NCBI GenBank assembly: GCA_034660555.1
Contig: JAYEJL010000165.1
Coordinates: 1 to 64,000 of the forward strand
Reading direction: 5' to 3'
DNA length: 64,000 bases
From: Thermotogota bacterium
Lineage (GTDB): Bacteria; Thermotogota; Thermotogae; Petrotogales; Kosmotogaceae
A program made the position numbers and the translations under genes. The stretch's first letter is position 1; each line of letters starts with the position of its first letter. Under the pieces are notes generated by a model. The model did no database searches. It saw only the letters and a program-made list of their open reading frames with translations, and was not told the origin of the DNA. This document shows positions 40,240 to 50,118 of this stretch, piece after piece.

Positions 40240-40908
40240 ATGAAATTTCTTACTATTGACAGCTCAACAAGAAAATTGTTGATATCTGTAGTAAATGAAA
40301 ATTCAAAGGTAGGTATGATTCTGGATAATGCAGGCAAGCATGGCAAACTTCTTGCTCCTGCCATTAAAAATATTCTGGAATACGTTGAACTTGATGTAAG
40401 GGATCTTGATTTTCTTGGATGCGGTATTGGACCGGGTTCATTAACTGGTTTAAGAGTTGGTATCTCGACAATAAAAGGCTTGTCATTACCCTGGAAGAAA
40501 CAAATCGCTGTTTTCAACTCGCTGGATATTATAGCCGGAGCAGCAGGTGTAAATGGAAACCATGTTGTTTTAAGGAAAGGGAGAAAGGGCTTTTTTTACT
40601 GGCAAAAGTATGACAGAACCGACAGAGTTGGTGTTACAGGGTTCAGCAGTATTGAAGAGCTACACAGTTCACTTGAAAAAGATCTTACGCTAGTTTTTGA
40701 AAATGATAAAGATGCTTCTTCATTTGAAGAATACAGAACTATAATATCACCTGAACCTTCTTTGGAAATATTAACAACAATTACCGAAAACAATTATTAT
40801 GCAAAAAAACTGGTCAATGCAATGGAGTTAAAACCGCTTTATATGCAAAAATCCATAGCGGAAATAAATTGGGAGAAAAAACATGGCGATAATAAAGACT
40901 CCCTATGA
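40240..40908 (+). CDS. tsaB: tRNA threonylcarbamoyladenosine biosynthesis protein TsaB
   Basis: LTIDSS, GPGSLTGLRVG, C-terminal PLY...AE. Confidence 0.88.
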   Translation: MKFLTIDSSTRKLLISVVNENSKVGMILDNAGKHGKLLAPAIKNILEYVELDVRDLDFLGCGIGPGSLTGLRVGISTIKGLSLPWKKQIAVFNSLDIIAGAAGVNGNHVVLRKGRKGFFYWQKYDRTDRVGVTGFSSIEELHSSLEKDLTLVFENDKDASSFEEYRTIISPEPSLEILTTITENNYYAKKLVNAMELKPLYMQKSIAEINWEKKHGDNKDSL

Positions 40909-41521
40909 ACTTTTCGAACGATTGAAGTTTCATTACGGTTCGCAACACTGGTGGCCTGCAGAAACCTCATATGAAGTTATCGTGGGAGCTGTATTAACAC
41001 AAAACACGAACTGGAAAAATGTTGAAAAAGCAATTGATAACTTAAAAAAAGACAATGTTTTGTCGCCAGAAAAGGTTCTCGAAAAACCATCGGACAGACT
41101 GAAGAAATTAATAAGGCCATCAGGATTTTATAATGCCAAAGAATCCACTCTCAGAAGACTCACAATGTTTGTTTATAACAACAACATAAAATGCATGCCA
41201 ACAGAAAAGCTTAGAAAGAAATTAATCGAAATAAAAGGTGTGGGGCCAGAAACAGTTGATTCAATACTGCTATACGCTTATAGGCGTCCTGTATTTGTAA
41301 TCGATGCCTATACCAGAAGGCTTGTTAAACGGCTAAAATTAACTGATAAAGAGACATACAACGAATTGCAGGATTTTTTCCAGAGTTCTCTTCCTGAAGA
41401 TACAGATCTTTACGCAGAATTTCATGCCCTCATAGTAGAACACTGCAAAAGTATTTGTAAAAAAGTACCACAATGTGAAAATTGCTTTATGAAGTATGAT
41501 TGCCCGGAATCACTTTCTTAA
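40883..41521 (+). CDS. Endonuclease III-like HhH-GPD DNA glycosylase with 4Fe-4S motif
   Basis: WWPA, AVLTQNTNW, IKGVGPETVDSI, VIDAY, C..KKVPQCENC.....C. Confidence 0.88.
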   Translation: MAIIKTPYELFERLKFHYGSQHWWPAETSYEVIVGAVLTQNTNWKNVEKAIDNLKKDNVLSPEKVLEKPSDRLKKLIRPSGFYNAKESTLRRLTMFVYNNNIKCMPTEKLRKKLIEIKGVGPETVDSILLYAYRRPVFVIDAYTRRLVKRLKLTDKETYNELQDFFQSSLPEDTDLYAEFHALIVEHCKSICKKVPQCENCFMKYDCPESLS

Positions 41522-42688
41522 GAAAATTAGAGGTATCTTCATTTCATCCTCGGTTAAACCTCCGTGCCTTGCCCTCATAGAATTCTCCTGCCCTGAATAT
41601 TTAAAGCAAAAGGAATAATTATCCCTGGGGATAACCACAATTTCTCCTATACGATCAATATAGTTTACTATTTTTTCTGAACCAAATAGTCCCATTTCTA
41701 TCGCTTCTCCACGTTCGAGAATCAACAGTTTATCGCCCCAACTGTTGGTAAGGATCTCTTTTGTTTTTTTTACGTCGGAGGTGTGAAGGTAACACGCTCT
41801 GTGCTCTCCCGCAGGTAATGAATAAAGATAATCATAAAGTTTGTCCTTCTTAGACCACCAGATTTCTTTTTCCCAAGGCGTCTCTTTTTGACCATGGTCG
41901 GCAATTATGAAGAAGGCTGTGTTGTGCGCAGCTTTTCGCCGAAAGAAATCATCGATCATCCTCAAGATCCAGTAGGCTTCCATTTCATAAGCCTGGCTGC
42001 TCGAACCATATCTATGGCCAAATGTGTCTATTAACCCCCAGTAGGCATAAATAAGACTCTTTGTTTCTTCATTGGATAAAATTCCCTCAATTTCTTCTAT
42101 CATGTCACCAAAACCGTATATGCCTTTTACGTAACCACCCCTGGTATGCATACGGCTTAAACCGGTGTTCACAAAGGATTTGGATGTGATATGATAACCT
42201 TTCACTCCTCCAGCATACAATGTTTCAAATATCGTAGGAACCTCCATAAATTTTAACGGATCCATGCCGATCCTCTGAAGTCCGTCTCTTTCCTGGCCGA
42301 AGGGTGTCAGCTCAATCATATTAGAAAGACCACCGTATTCCTTCAGATAAAGCATATAGCCAAGCATGCCATGCTTTATTGGTGATACACCGGTAAACAA
42401 ACTTGTTAGTGCGCTGGTTGTGGTTGAAGGAAATACAGAGGTCATATTTTTCAGGGATGAAGACATAATATTTGAGAAACCACCCTGTTCATTAATCAAT
42501 TTCTCTACTGTTCGATAACTTAGTGCATCAAGAAGAAAAACAACAATCTTATCTATACCATTAAGGTTGATTCCTTTTGCACCAAAATCCATCGATATCC
42601 CGTTTGGTTTTATTCCGAAATGCTCGACTAAAGCTGAACTGAAGTTAGGAATAGAACCACCATCATAATTAGGCAACAATTCAAACAC
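41510..42688 (-). CDS. Alkaline phosphatase superfamily / type I phosphodiesterase (NPP-like)
   Basis: LLDAL, SVFPSTT nucleophile region, DTFGH, ADHG, HGG. Confidence 0.85.
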   Translation of the reverse strand: MFELLPNYDGGSIPNFSSALVEHFGIKPNGISMDFGAKGINLNGIDKIVVFLLDALSYRTVEKLINEQGGFSNIMSSSLKNMTSVFPSTTTSALTSLFTGVSPIKHGMLGYMLYLKEYGGLSNMIELTPFGQERDGLQRIGMDPLKFMEVPTIFETLYAGGVKGYHITSKSFVNTGLSRMHTRGGYVKGIYGFGDMIEEIEGILSNEETKSLIYAYWGLIDTFGHRYGSSSQAYEMEAYWILRMIDDFFRRKAAHNTAFFIIADHGQKETPWEKEIWWSKKDKLYDYLYSLPAGEHRACYLHTSDVKKTKEILTNSWGDKLLILERGEAIEMGLFGSEKIVNYIDRIGEIVVIPRDNYSFCFKYSGQENSMRARHGGLTEDEMKIPLIFLRK

Positions 42689-42706
42689 AATTGATCATCC
42701 TTTTCT

Positions 42707-45484
42707 TTAACCTTTTACCGAACCTTTGGTAAGTCCTCCCACAATTTGGTCCTGTAACAACAGGAAGAATGTAAGCATGGGTATTGCACCTATGAGTGCC
42801 GCAGCAGTGAATGGTCCCCAGCTCGCCTCAAATCTTCCCGAAAATTGCTGTAAACCAACAGCATATGTCCACTTATCAATACTCTGCAAGATAATGCTAG
42901 CCATTACAAATTCATTAAAAACATTCATAAACGTCAAAATGGCAATAACCGCCAGTATCGGTCTGGCGAGGGGAAGGACAATTTTCCAGAATGTCTGAAG
43001 CCTGTTGGCTCCGTCTATCAAAGCTGATTCTTCCAGAGAATCCGGTATGGTGTCAAAATATCCCTTTATCAACCATATATTAAAGGCAATATTTCCACAG
43101 TAAATAAAAATCATTCCTGAAATAGTGTCCAGCCCAAGGAAGGGCACATAATTTCCCAAAAATTGCAAAAGTGAATAGATGGCTATCATGAACATTATAG
43201 TAGGAAACATTTGAATGAGCAATAGGAACAATAAACCCTGACCTCTACCAAAAAATCTCATTCTGCTGAATGGGTATGCTGCAAACGCTGCCACGAGAAC
43301 ACTAATTATGGCAACTGAAAGAGCAATAACTATAGAATTAAACAACCATCTCATGAAATAGAAGTAAGTACTTTCTTTCCTGGTCCATATCTGACTGATT
43401 TTGAAAATTGATCTGTCAACCTCTCTAAGTTCACCAATATATTCTCCTGAGTAGGCTGTTGAAAAATCGATCATATCGCCAATCAATCTCTGTGCTCTTT
43501 TATAACTTGCATTGAAGTTCTGAAATTCTCTATTGAAAAGCTTTGTCATTTCGTCAAAAACAGAAATATCAACCGAAGCACCCAGAAATCTTAATTCAAC
43601 GTAGTTGAGTATTTTTCCGTCAAGATCTTGCTTCATGCTGCGCATTTTGTCAATAACAGACCTAATAACAGATGTTGCTTGATTAATCTCTTCATCTGCA
43701 TCAACAAAATCACTATACCATGTGTATGATCTGTATCTTATATTTGACTTTATTTGAAAGTATTTTTTCATTGTTTTGCTTACTGTGTTGTAATAATTTT
43801 CAGCTTCATCAATGGTTTCAATATTTTCTTGAGCAAAATCCTTCAAATAATTCAATTCTGCAATTTCGATATTGTTGCTTAAACGGTTCAGGGCGTCCTC
43901 ATAGGATGGTTTTGTTTCAGCAACAACGGATTCAAGCTTTTCTTTCTCATCCAATAAACTGGAAAGCTCTTTGTTCTTATCTTTACGTTCGGCAGTTAAA
44001 TCAGCATATTGATTAACATATTCGGTAAGATCACCTTTAACCCTGGAAATATTTGAATAACTTACTTCAAGAATACCTATAACATTTTCAACATCTGGAT
44101 TGTCCTGATTGACAACTATCAATTCTTTTCTTTCAACAAACCAGTTCAGTATATTTATTGCTTCTTCAATATGTGTATAAACATCAAGGGATTCCTCAGT
44201 GTTCGATAATTTGTTTTTAAGAGGTATCAATTCTTCAACCAGGGTTTCCATGTTTCCAAGAACCCTTACTGGAAAAGCTCTATCTGCTTCCTGCTTAACT
44301 TTATCGGACGCTAAGAATGTTTTCAGGGTTTCTCTGGCTTTATCCATTTTGGTAGTTTCTGGAACAAGCACCAAACCGGCAACATTCAAAGATTCCTTTA
44401 TTTCGGGAATCGCTTCATTAAGGTTTTCCAATTTGCTATTTATTTGAGCGATTTTATTCTCAATTGTTTCTAATCTGCTTTGAGCATCAATATATTCGCT
44501 ATATTCGAACTCCGATAAAGCATTACTCATAACTTCTTCTGTTTTTTCAATAAGATTATTATGAAGTTCCTGCATTTTTTCCCATGTTGCCTTTGCTGAT
44601 TTAAATGTATCGTATAGCTGATCCTTTTTATTTGTTATTGTTTTAGCTTTTTCCTGTTCAAGAACATCTCCGATATTTTTTAAATTCCGGTTTATTACCT
44701 TAAGCCAGTGTTCACTTCTCCATTGAGAATATGAAATATTTTCTTGTGAAATATATTCTGACACTTTGTTCAGCGAATTAATGACATCATCTTTTCCATC
44801 AAATTCATAGTCAGCCAGCAGATTGATTAATTCATTACTGATATCCAGAACAGCGTTATATTGATTTTTGTAGTTTTCTATCGTTTTTAGGATTTCTCCC
44901 GCAGGTTCAATATCAGTCTGCTCAATAAAAGCTCGATAACCCTTCCCTACAGAAAATTCTTCATTGCTAATAACATTGAGTAATGCCGCCTGATATAAAT
45001 CCGAGTCTTTTTTATTTTGAAGTTCATCAAGTCGTTCATCTATGATTTCAATATCCTGATGTCTAATATCGTTCATTCCTGAAATTATCTCACTGATTTT
45101 TCGTTTTACTGACTCATTGATTGCTTCAAATTTCATTTCTATACTATCAACCATTGCTATAGAGTCATCAATGTAATTATCAAACATCCTTGAAAGATCT
45201 GTTATTTCATTCTTGACTTTTTTCTCTTCTGCTTTCCTATAGTCGCCCAGCCCGTGTACTGCCTGTTGCATGGACAAAATAACCCTGGATATACTTTTTT
45301 TTGGGAACAAGAGGTTTTGATAATGCTGTAAAGTAACCCTGGTAGAAAACAGCTTTGGGGAAAAGGCTGCTTCATCTCTTCTGATGGAAGTGCTAACAAC
45401 CCATACCATAGGGAATAGCACAATGGCCAGAACAATAATCAGTATCAAGTGTCTTAACCAGTAACGTTTTTTCTCTATGGCCAT
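42707..45484 (-). CDS. malG: Maltose/maltodextrin ABC permease MalG-type with a very large extracytoplasmic insertion
   Basis: N-terminal TM (LFPMVWVVSTS), C-terminal MalG core (WLFNS, AYPFSRMRF, QMFP, GYFDTIPDSLEESALIDGA, GLTKGSVKG). Confidence 0.88.
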   Translation of the reverse strand: MAIEKKRYWLRHLILIIVLAIVLFPMVWVVSTSIRRDEAAFSPKLFSTRVTLQHYQNLLFPKKSISRVILSMQQAVHGLGDYRKAEEKKVKNEITDLSRMFDNYIDDSIAMVDSIEMKFEAINESVKRKISEIISGMNDIRHQDIEIIDERLDELQNKKDSDLYQAALLNVISNEEFSVGKGYRAFIEQTDIEPAGEILKTIENYKNQYNAVLDISNELINLLADYEFDGKDDVINSLNKVSEYISQENISYSQWRSEHWLKVINRNLKNIGDVLEQEKAKTITNKKDQLYDTFKSAKATWEKMQELHNNLIEKTEEVMSNALSEFEYSEYIDAQSRLETIENKIAQINSKLENLNEAIPEIKESLNVAGLVLVPETTKMDKARETLKTFLASDKVKQEADRAFPVRVLGNMETLVEELIPLKNKLSNTEESLDVYTHIEEAINILNWFVERKELIVVNQDNPDVENVIGILEVSYSNISRVKGDLTEYVNQYADLTAERKDKNKELSSLLDEKEKLESVVAETKPSYEDALNRLSNNIEIAELNYLKDFAQENIETIDEAENYYNTVSKTMKKYFQIKSNIRYRSYTWYSDFVDADEEINQATSVIRSVIDKMRSMKQDLDGKILNYVELRFLGASVDISVFDEMTKLFNREFQNFNASYKRAQRLIGDMIDFSTAYSGEYIGELREVDRSIFKISQIWTRKESTYFYFMRWLFNSIVIALSVAIISVLVAAFAAYPFSRMRFFGRGQGLLFLLLIQMFPTIMFMIAIYSLLQFLGNYVPFLGLDTISGMIFIYCGNIAFNIWLIKGYFDTIPDSLEESALIDGANRLQTFWKIVLPLARPILAVIAILTFMNVFNEFVMASIILQSIDKWTYAVGLQQFSGRFEASWGPFTAAALIGAIPMLTFFLLLQDQIVGGLTKGSVKG

Positions 45485-47232
45485 TATCTTCTCACCTCTT
45501 CAAAGGCTCCTGAAAATTTGAAGTTCAGCCAACTGAAAACTGCAACGAGACTGAAAATTATTATTGAGATGGCACTTGCAAAACCAAAATCCTGCCCTCT
45601 ACCATAGAAGGCAAGTTTATATGTGTAGGAGATCAAGATGTCCGTTGCTCCTGCTGGAGTAGTACTTCCGGGGATGGCAGGTCCACCTTCGGTGAGTAAA
45701 TATATTCCCACAAAATTGTTGAAATTAAATGCAAAAGTTCCCACTAATAATGGAGCTACAGATACCATCAACAAAGGAAAAGTGATTTTCCAGAATTTTT
45801 GCCAGCGTCTCGCACCATCTATCGAGGCAGCTTCGTAAAGCTCGCCCGGTATGCTTTGAAGAGCTCCTAGCGAGACAGTCATCATATATGGGAAACCCAG
45901 CCAGGTATTTACAGTTAAAACCGAAACTTTTGCCCAGAAAGGATCACTCAACCATCTAATTGGTTCTTCAAACCCTAATAGTCCTTGAAACAAGAAACGA
46001 TTCAATATACCGTAGGTTTCATTGAACATTCCGTTTCTCCATACAAGTACGGAAATGAAGGCTGGTATCGCCCAGGGAATAATCAGAAGCGTTCTGTAGA
46101 TCTTTGTTCCTCTTAACTTCCTGTCATTTAACGCCATCGCCAGGGCCAATCCAATAGTGAAACAGAATACAACACTTAGCCCCGCCCATGTAAATGTCCA
46201 TAAAAATATCTGAAAGAACGGACCCCTTACCCGCGGGTCAGAAATCATTTTTAAGAAATTATCAAAACCAACCCCTGAAATATATCCATCCAGACGTACT
46301 TCTTCCCCGTTTTTTTTGACATCATAGAAATATCCGTTTTTTTCAACCAGATTCCTACCAGTCTGTCTATTATATAATACCTGTTTCTGTTTGGCATAGC
46401 CTGAATCCAGACTGGTTACTGTTTTCATACCATATTGTCTTTCAACTGTTGCGAAATTTCTGTAAAGCGTTTGCGGATTTAATCTCACCTGATAATTCTG
46501 GGGATTAATAAATTCTGCATTTTTCAACCAGTTACTTCTTATTTCACCAAGGAAAAATGCTGCATTGGCTCTCGTTGAAGGATCATTTGAAGAGTAAAAA
46601 TATACATAATTTTCACCAAGTTCGTTGTTTATTGATAAATAATTGCCATCTTTCTTTGAGACAATTATCGTATGATTGACTCCATTAATACTTGCATTAT
46701 TATTGTCCACTCTGAACATTTCTGAACGAGCAAGTGTTATATTTCCCTCACTATCACGTGATATTACATCCGGTTTTGGAGAAATGTGTCTATTTTCTGA
46801 ACTTTCCTCTTCAAACAACATAACAAAATCATTTGTGGGTTTATAGTCTTTAAGTTTGACAAAAACCCAAAAATTATATTCAACGGGATCGTCAGGTACA
46901 TAAAAATATTCATTCAGAAGTTTCTGCACTACTTCCGGTCTAGTAAAAAGATGTCCGGTTCCGTAATTTGTAAACGCTACCTCAAACGTATAATACATTG
47001 GATAGATAGTCAAAACAAAAAGCAAGATTAGCGCAGGTATCATGTATCGATAGGGATAACCTTTCCTACTGAAAGAAACGTAATCAATTAGTAGTGTTAA
47101 AACTACAAGAACTATTGCAAGCCCATAACGAGCGTTTACCCATAAAATAAAAATACCCCAGATAACAAAGGCGTTGTAAATTGCAAGAAAAAACATCGCT
47201 GCAAGATATATGAAAAACTTTTTGCCGGACAC
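45484..47232 (-). CDS. malF: Maltose/maltodextrin ABC permease MalF-type with a large P2 loop
   Basis: AFTNYGTGHL, IPWAIPAFIS, WLGFPYMM, LYEAASIDGA, FAFNFNNF, TDILISYTY. Confidence 0.9.
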   Translation of the reverse strand: MSGKKFFIYLAAMFFLAIYNAFVIWGIFILWVNARYGLAIVLVVLTLLIDYVSFSRKGYPYRYMIPALILLFVLTIYPMYYTFEVAFTNYGTGHLFTRPEVVQKLLNEYFYVPDDPVEYNFWVFVKLKDYKPTNDFVMLFEEESSENRHISPKPDVISRDSEGNITLARSEMFRVDNNNASINGVNHTIIVSKKDGNYLSINNELGENYVYFYSSNDPSTRANAAFFLGEIRSNWLKNAEFINPQNYQVRLNPQTLYRNFATVERQYGMKTVTSLDSGYAKQKQVLYNRQTGRNLVEKNGYFYDVKKNGEEVRLDGYISGVGFDNFLKMISDPRVRGPFFQIFLWTFTWAGLSVVFCFTIGLALAMALNDRKLRGTKIYRTLLIIPWAIPAFISVLVWRNGMFNETYGILNRFLFQGLLGFEEPIRWLSDPFWAKVSVLTVNTWLGFPYMMTVSLGALQSIPGELYEAASIDGARRWQKFWKITFPLLMVSVAPLLVGTFAFNFNNFVGIYLLTEGGPAIPGSTTPAGATDILISYTYKLAFYGRGQDFGFASAISIIIFSLVAVFSWLNFKFSGAFEEVRR

Positions 47233-47262
47233 CTTTTACAACCTCCAGAGTTAAGGGATAAG

Positions 47263-47292
47263 TAACCGCGGAGCCTCAAGGCTCCGCGGTTA
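47263..47292 (-). other. Perfect 14-bp hairpin after malE (mRNA-stabilising or attenuating stem)
   Basis: TAACCGCGGAGCCT-CA-AGGCTCCGCGGTTA with no U-tract on the coding strand. Confidence 0.7.
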
Positions 47293-47307
47293 AATTCTCA
47301 AACTAAA

Positions 47308-48498
47308 TTACATTCCAATTGATGTTTTTATCTTTTCTACTGCTGTTTCGAAAGAGTTCTCTACTGTGTCCTTTCCGTTGATAACAAGGCCCAGGGAATC
47401 CTGCATTGCTCCCCAGACAGATGCCATTTCTGGAATGTTGGGCATAGGATTACCTATAGAGGCACTCTTCGAGAATTGCAATATGTCATAAACTTCCTGT
47501 CCACCTGTTTCTCCAATATAAGCAAATACATCTTCTCTAACAGGACCTCTTTTGTCATTTAAGAACAATTCATACTGCGTTTCGAAGGTGCTACAATAAC
47601 TTGCAACAAATTCCATGGCTTCCAGCTTGTTGCTTGACCTTGAGTTAACCATAAATGCCTGAACACCAACAAATGGTATTGGATTCTTTCCATTGGATAG
47701 CGTGATTTCGCTAAACGGAAGAATATCGTAGTCGATGCCTGCTTCCTGATAACCAGATGTTGACCATGGACCGTTTACTATAAATGCAGCAAGTCCATCT
47801 CTGAACAGAGAATCCATTAATGAATAATTGGCTCCCTGCGGTATTAAACCATTATCAAACCAGCTCTTTATGAGCTTTCCGCCTTTAATGGCTCCTTGGT
47901 TAGCAAGTCCGATATCTGCAACATCGTAACCTTGATCGGTAAGATTAAATATGTAGCCACCGAATCCTGAAATAAATGGGTATGAGAAATAGAAATCAGT
48001 TGCCGGGTAAATGAATCCAACTACTTCATCATCAGCAACTTCTGCACCGATTGTTTCCAGTTCTTCAATTGTTTCAGGTACTTCATCAACGAGATCTTTG
48101 TTGTACAAAATTGCCAGAGCTTCTATTGCGTACGGTACACCATACAATTTTCCTTTGTAAGAAAATGCGTTAAGTGCTGATTCATAAAACTGGCCTTTTT
48201 CTGGTAGGAAAGGAATAGGTTCTATAAGACCGTTCTCAACCAGTTCACCGACCCAGTCATGTGCACCCACTATTACGTCTGATCCTTCGCCAGCTGGTGC
48301 AGCGGTGAGGAATTTTGATTTGATGTCACCAAAGTTCACCTGTTCAATCTTCACTTCGATGCCGTAATTTTTCTCAAAGTCAGCCCCGATTTTTTGCAGA
48401 ACAGGCACCTGAACCTCAGACGTCCAAATTGTAACAGCAGCATTAAGCGTGCTCACTAGTGCAAATGCAACAAATAAAAATACCACTAATTTTCTCAT
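47308..48498 (-). CDS. malE: Maltose/maltodextrin-binding protein
   Basis: Signal peptide, GAHDWVG, YAIEA, YNKDL, NGPW, PFVGVQ, MPNIPEMASVW. Confidence 0.9.
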   Translation of the reverse strand: MRKLVVFLFVAFALVSTLNAAVTIWTSEVQVPVLQKIGADFEKNYGIEVKIEQVNFGDIKSKFLTAAPAGEGSDVIVGAHDWVGELVENGLIEPIPFLPEKGQFYESALNAFSYKGKLYGVPYAIEALAILYNKDLVDEVPETIEELETIGAEVADDEVVGFIYPATDFYFSYPFISGFGGYIFNLTDQGYDVADIGLANQGAIKGGKLIKSWFDNGLIPQGANYSLMDSLFRDGLAAFIVNGPWSTSGYQEAGIDYDILPFSEITLSNGKNPIPFVGVQAFMVNSRSSNKLEAMEFVASYCSTFETQYELFLNDKRGPVREDVFAYIGETGGQEVYDILQFSKSASIGNPMPNIPEMASVWGAMQDSLGLVINGKDTVENSFETAVEKIKTSIGM

Positions 48499-48668
48499 TT
48501 GACCACTCTCCCTTTTGAAAAATGTGTATTTACGTACATATTATAATTTTAACATTTTTAACATGGATTTTTTTATAAAAAGAGATTCTTATTAATCGTG
48601 TGTAGAAACCTTCAGTGTTGTTGAAACGCAACTATTCGTCAATAGCTTTTGTTTATTCCTTCATGCTT

Positions 48669-50066
48669 TTAAATTGGATATACTGCTACCTTGTCTGAAT
48701 ATGCATCCGCTATTTTCATGTCGATCTTAAGGTTCTTTTCATATTCATTTAACAGATAAGCTCTCCCCGTATCTCCTAACAATATGTAGATTAGAAGTTC
48801 TTCATTATTATTCGCTAGCAAACCAATCTTTTCTTTTGCACTATCCACTTCTGGCTCAAGATAGTCCGCAGGTTTATACTCCAATGGCTCTTCGTTTTTC
48901 ATTACAACCTTTTTTAAGTCTTCAGAAATGTCACCAGGTGGTTTTCCATATAAACCTTTGATATAATTTTTGGTCTCATTGGTAATTATCTTATATCTCT
49001 CTCCTGAAAGTACATTTACAACTGATTGCACTCCAACTATCTGAGAACTCGGTGTCACAAGAGGTGGATATCCTAGGTCTTTTCTTACTTCTGGAATCTC
49101 TTGCAACACATCTTCCAATTTATGTAGAGCTTTCTGTTCTCTTAGCTGATTGATTAAATTGGATATCATACCACCAGGAATCTGATTTATCAGGATTTCG
49201 GGGTTCACGGTTTTCATACCAATATCTGTATTTCTATGTTGTTCTCGAATTTTACTAAAATAGTCTCTAACAATCTTAAGCTTTTTCAAATCTGGTTCTT
49301 CAGCATACCCCAGTTTATTCATTGCTATCCACAAACTCTCAGCAGGAGGCTGAGAGGTACCTGATGCAAGGGAAGAAATCGCAGTATCTATTAGATCCGC
49401 TCCCGCCTCTACAGATTTCATATAGGTAAGGTCTGCCAGTCCTGAAGTGGAATGAGAATGAACATCAACAGGTAACGACGTTTCTTCCTTTATTATTGAA
49501 ATGAGTTCATATGCAATATCAGGAGTTAACAATCCAGCCATATCTTTTATACACAGTGAATCTGCATCAAGTTTTTCAGCAGATCTTGCATAATCTACAA
49601 AAAGCTCAACATTGTGCACCGGGCTGACTGTGTAAGCGACGGCTATTTGAAGGTGCATATTATTCTTTTTTATTTCTTCACATGACTTTTTAATATTTCT
49701 GAAGTCATTAAGTGCATCAAATACTCTCACTCTATCCATTCCATGTTTGGCCATTGTCTTTATAAACAATTTGACAACATCATCAGCGTAATGGCGGTAA
49801 CCGACTAAATTTTGTCCTCTTAACAGCATTTGCATTTCAGTATTCTTAAAGCGCTTTCTTAATTTGTCTATACGTTCCCAGGGATTTTCTTTCAGATACC
49901 TTACGCAGGCATCAAAGGTCGCCCCACCCCACATTTCCACAGCATCATAACCAATCTGATCCACAACATCGGCAATTCTTACAAGTTCATCCGTTGAAAC
50001 CCGTGTTGCGAGTAAAGACTGATGGGCATCCCTGAACGTTGTGTCAACAAAACCAACATCACTCAT
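48669..50066 (-). CDS. Pyruvate/oxaloacetate carboxyltransferase (OadA/PycB/5S-like) lacking a biotin domain
   Basis: RDAHQSLLATR, WGGATFD, LRGQN, IKDMAG, HSH, QIPGGM, PPLVTPSSQ; ends with no MKM domain. Confidence 0.9.
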   Translation of the reverse strand: MSDVGFVDTTFRDAHQSLLATRVSTDELVRIADVVDQIGYDAVEMWGGATFDACVRYLKENPWERIDKLRKRFKNTEMQMLLRGQNLVGYRHYADDVVKLFIKTMAKHGMDRVRVFDALNDFRNIKKSCEEIKKNNMHLQIAVAYTVSPVHNVELFVDYARSAEKLDADSLCIKDMAGLLTPDIAYELISIIKEETSLPVDVHSHSTSGLADLTYMKSVEAGADLIDTAISSLASGTSQPPAESLWIAMNKLGYAEEPDLKKLKIVRDYFSKIREQHRNTDIGMKTVNPEILINQIPGGMISNLINQLREQKALHKLEDVLQEIPEVRKDLGYPPLVTPSSQIVGVQSVVNVLSGERYKIITNETKNYIKGLYGKPPGDISEDLKKVVMKNEEPLEYKPADYLEPEVDSAKEKIGLLANNNEELLIYILLGDTGRAYLLNEYEKNLKIDMKIADAYSDKVAVYPI

Positions 50067-50118
50067 GTAACAATCCTCCTCTCTGTTGTAAAATTATATT
50101 ACAAACCAGGGAGGGATT

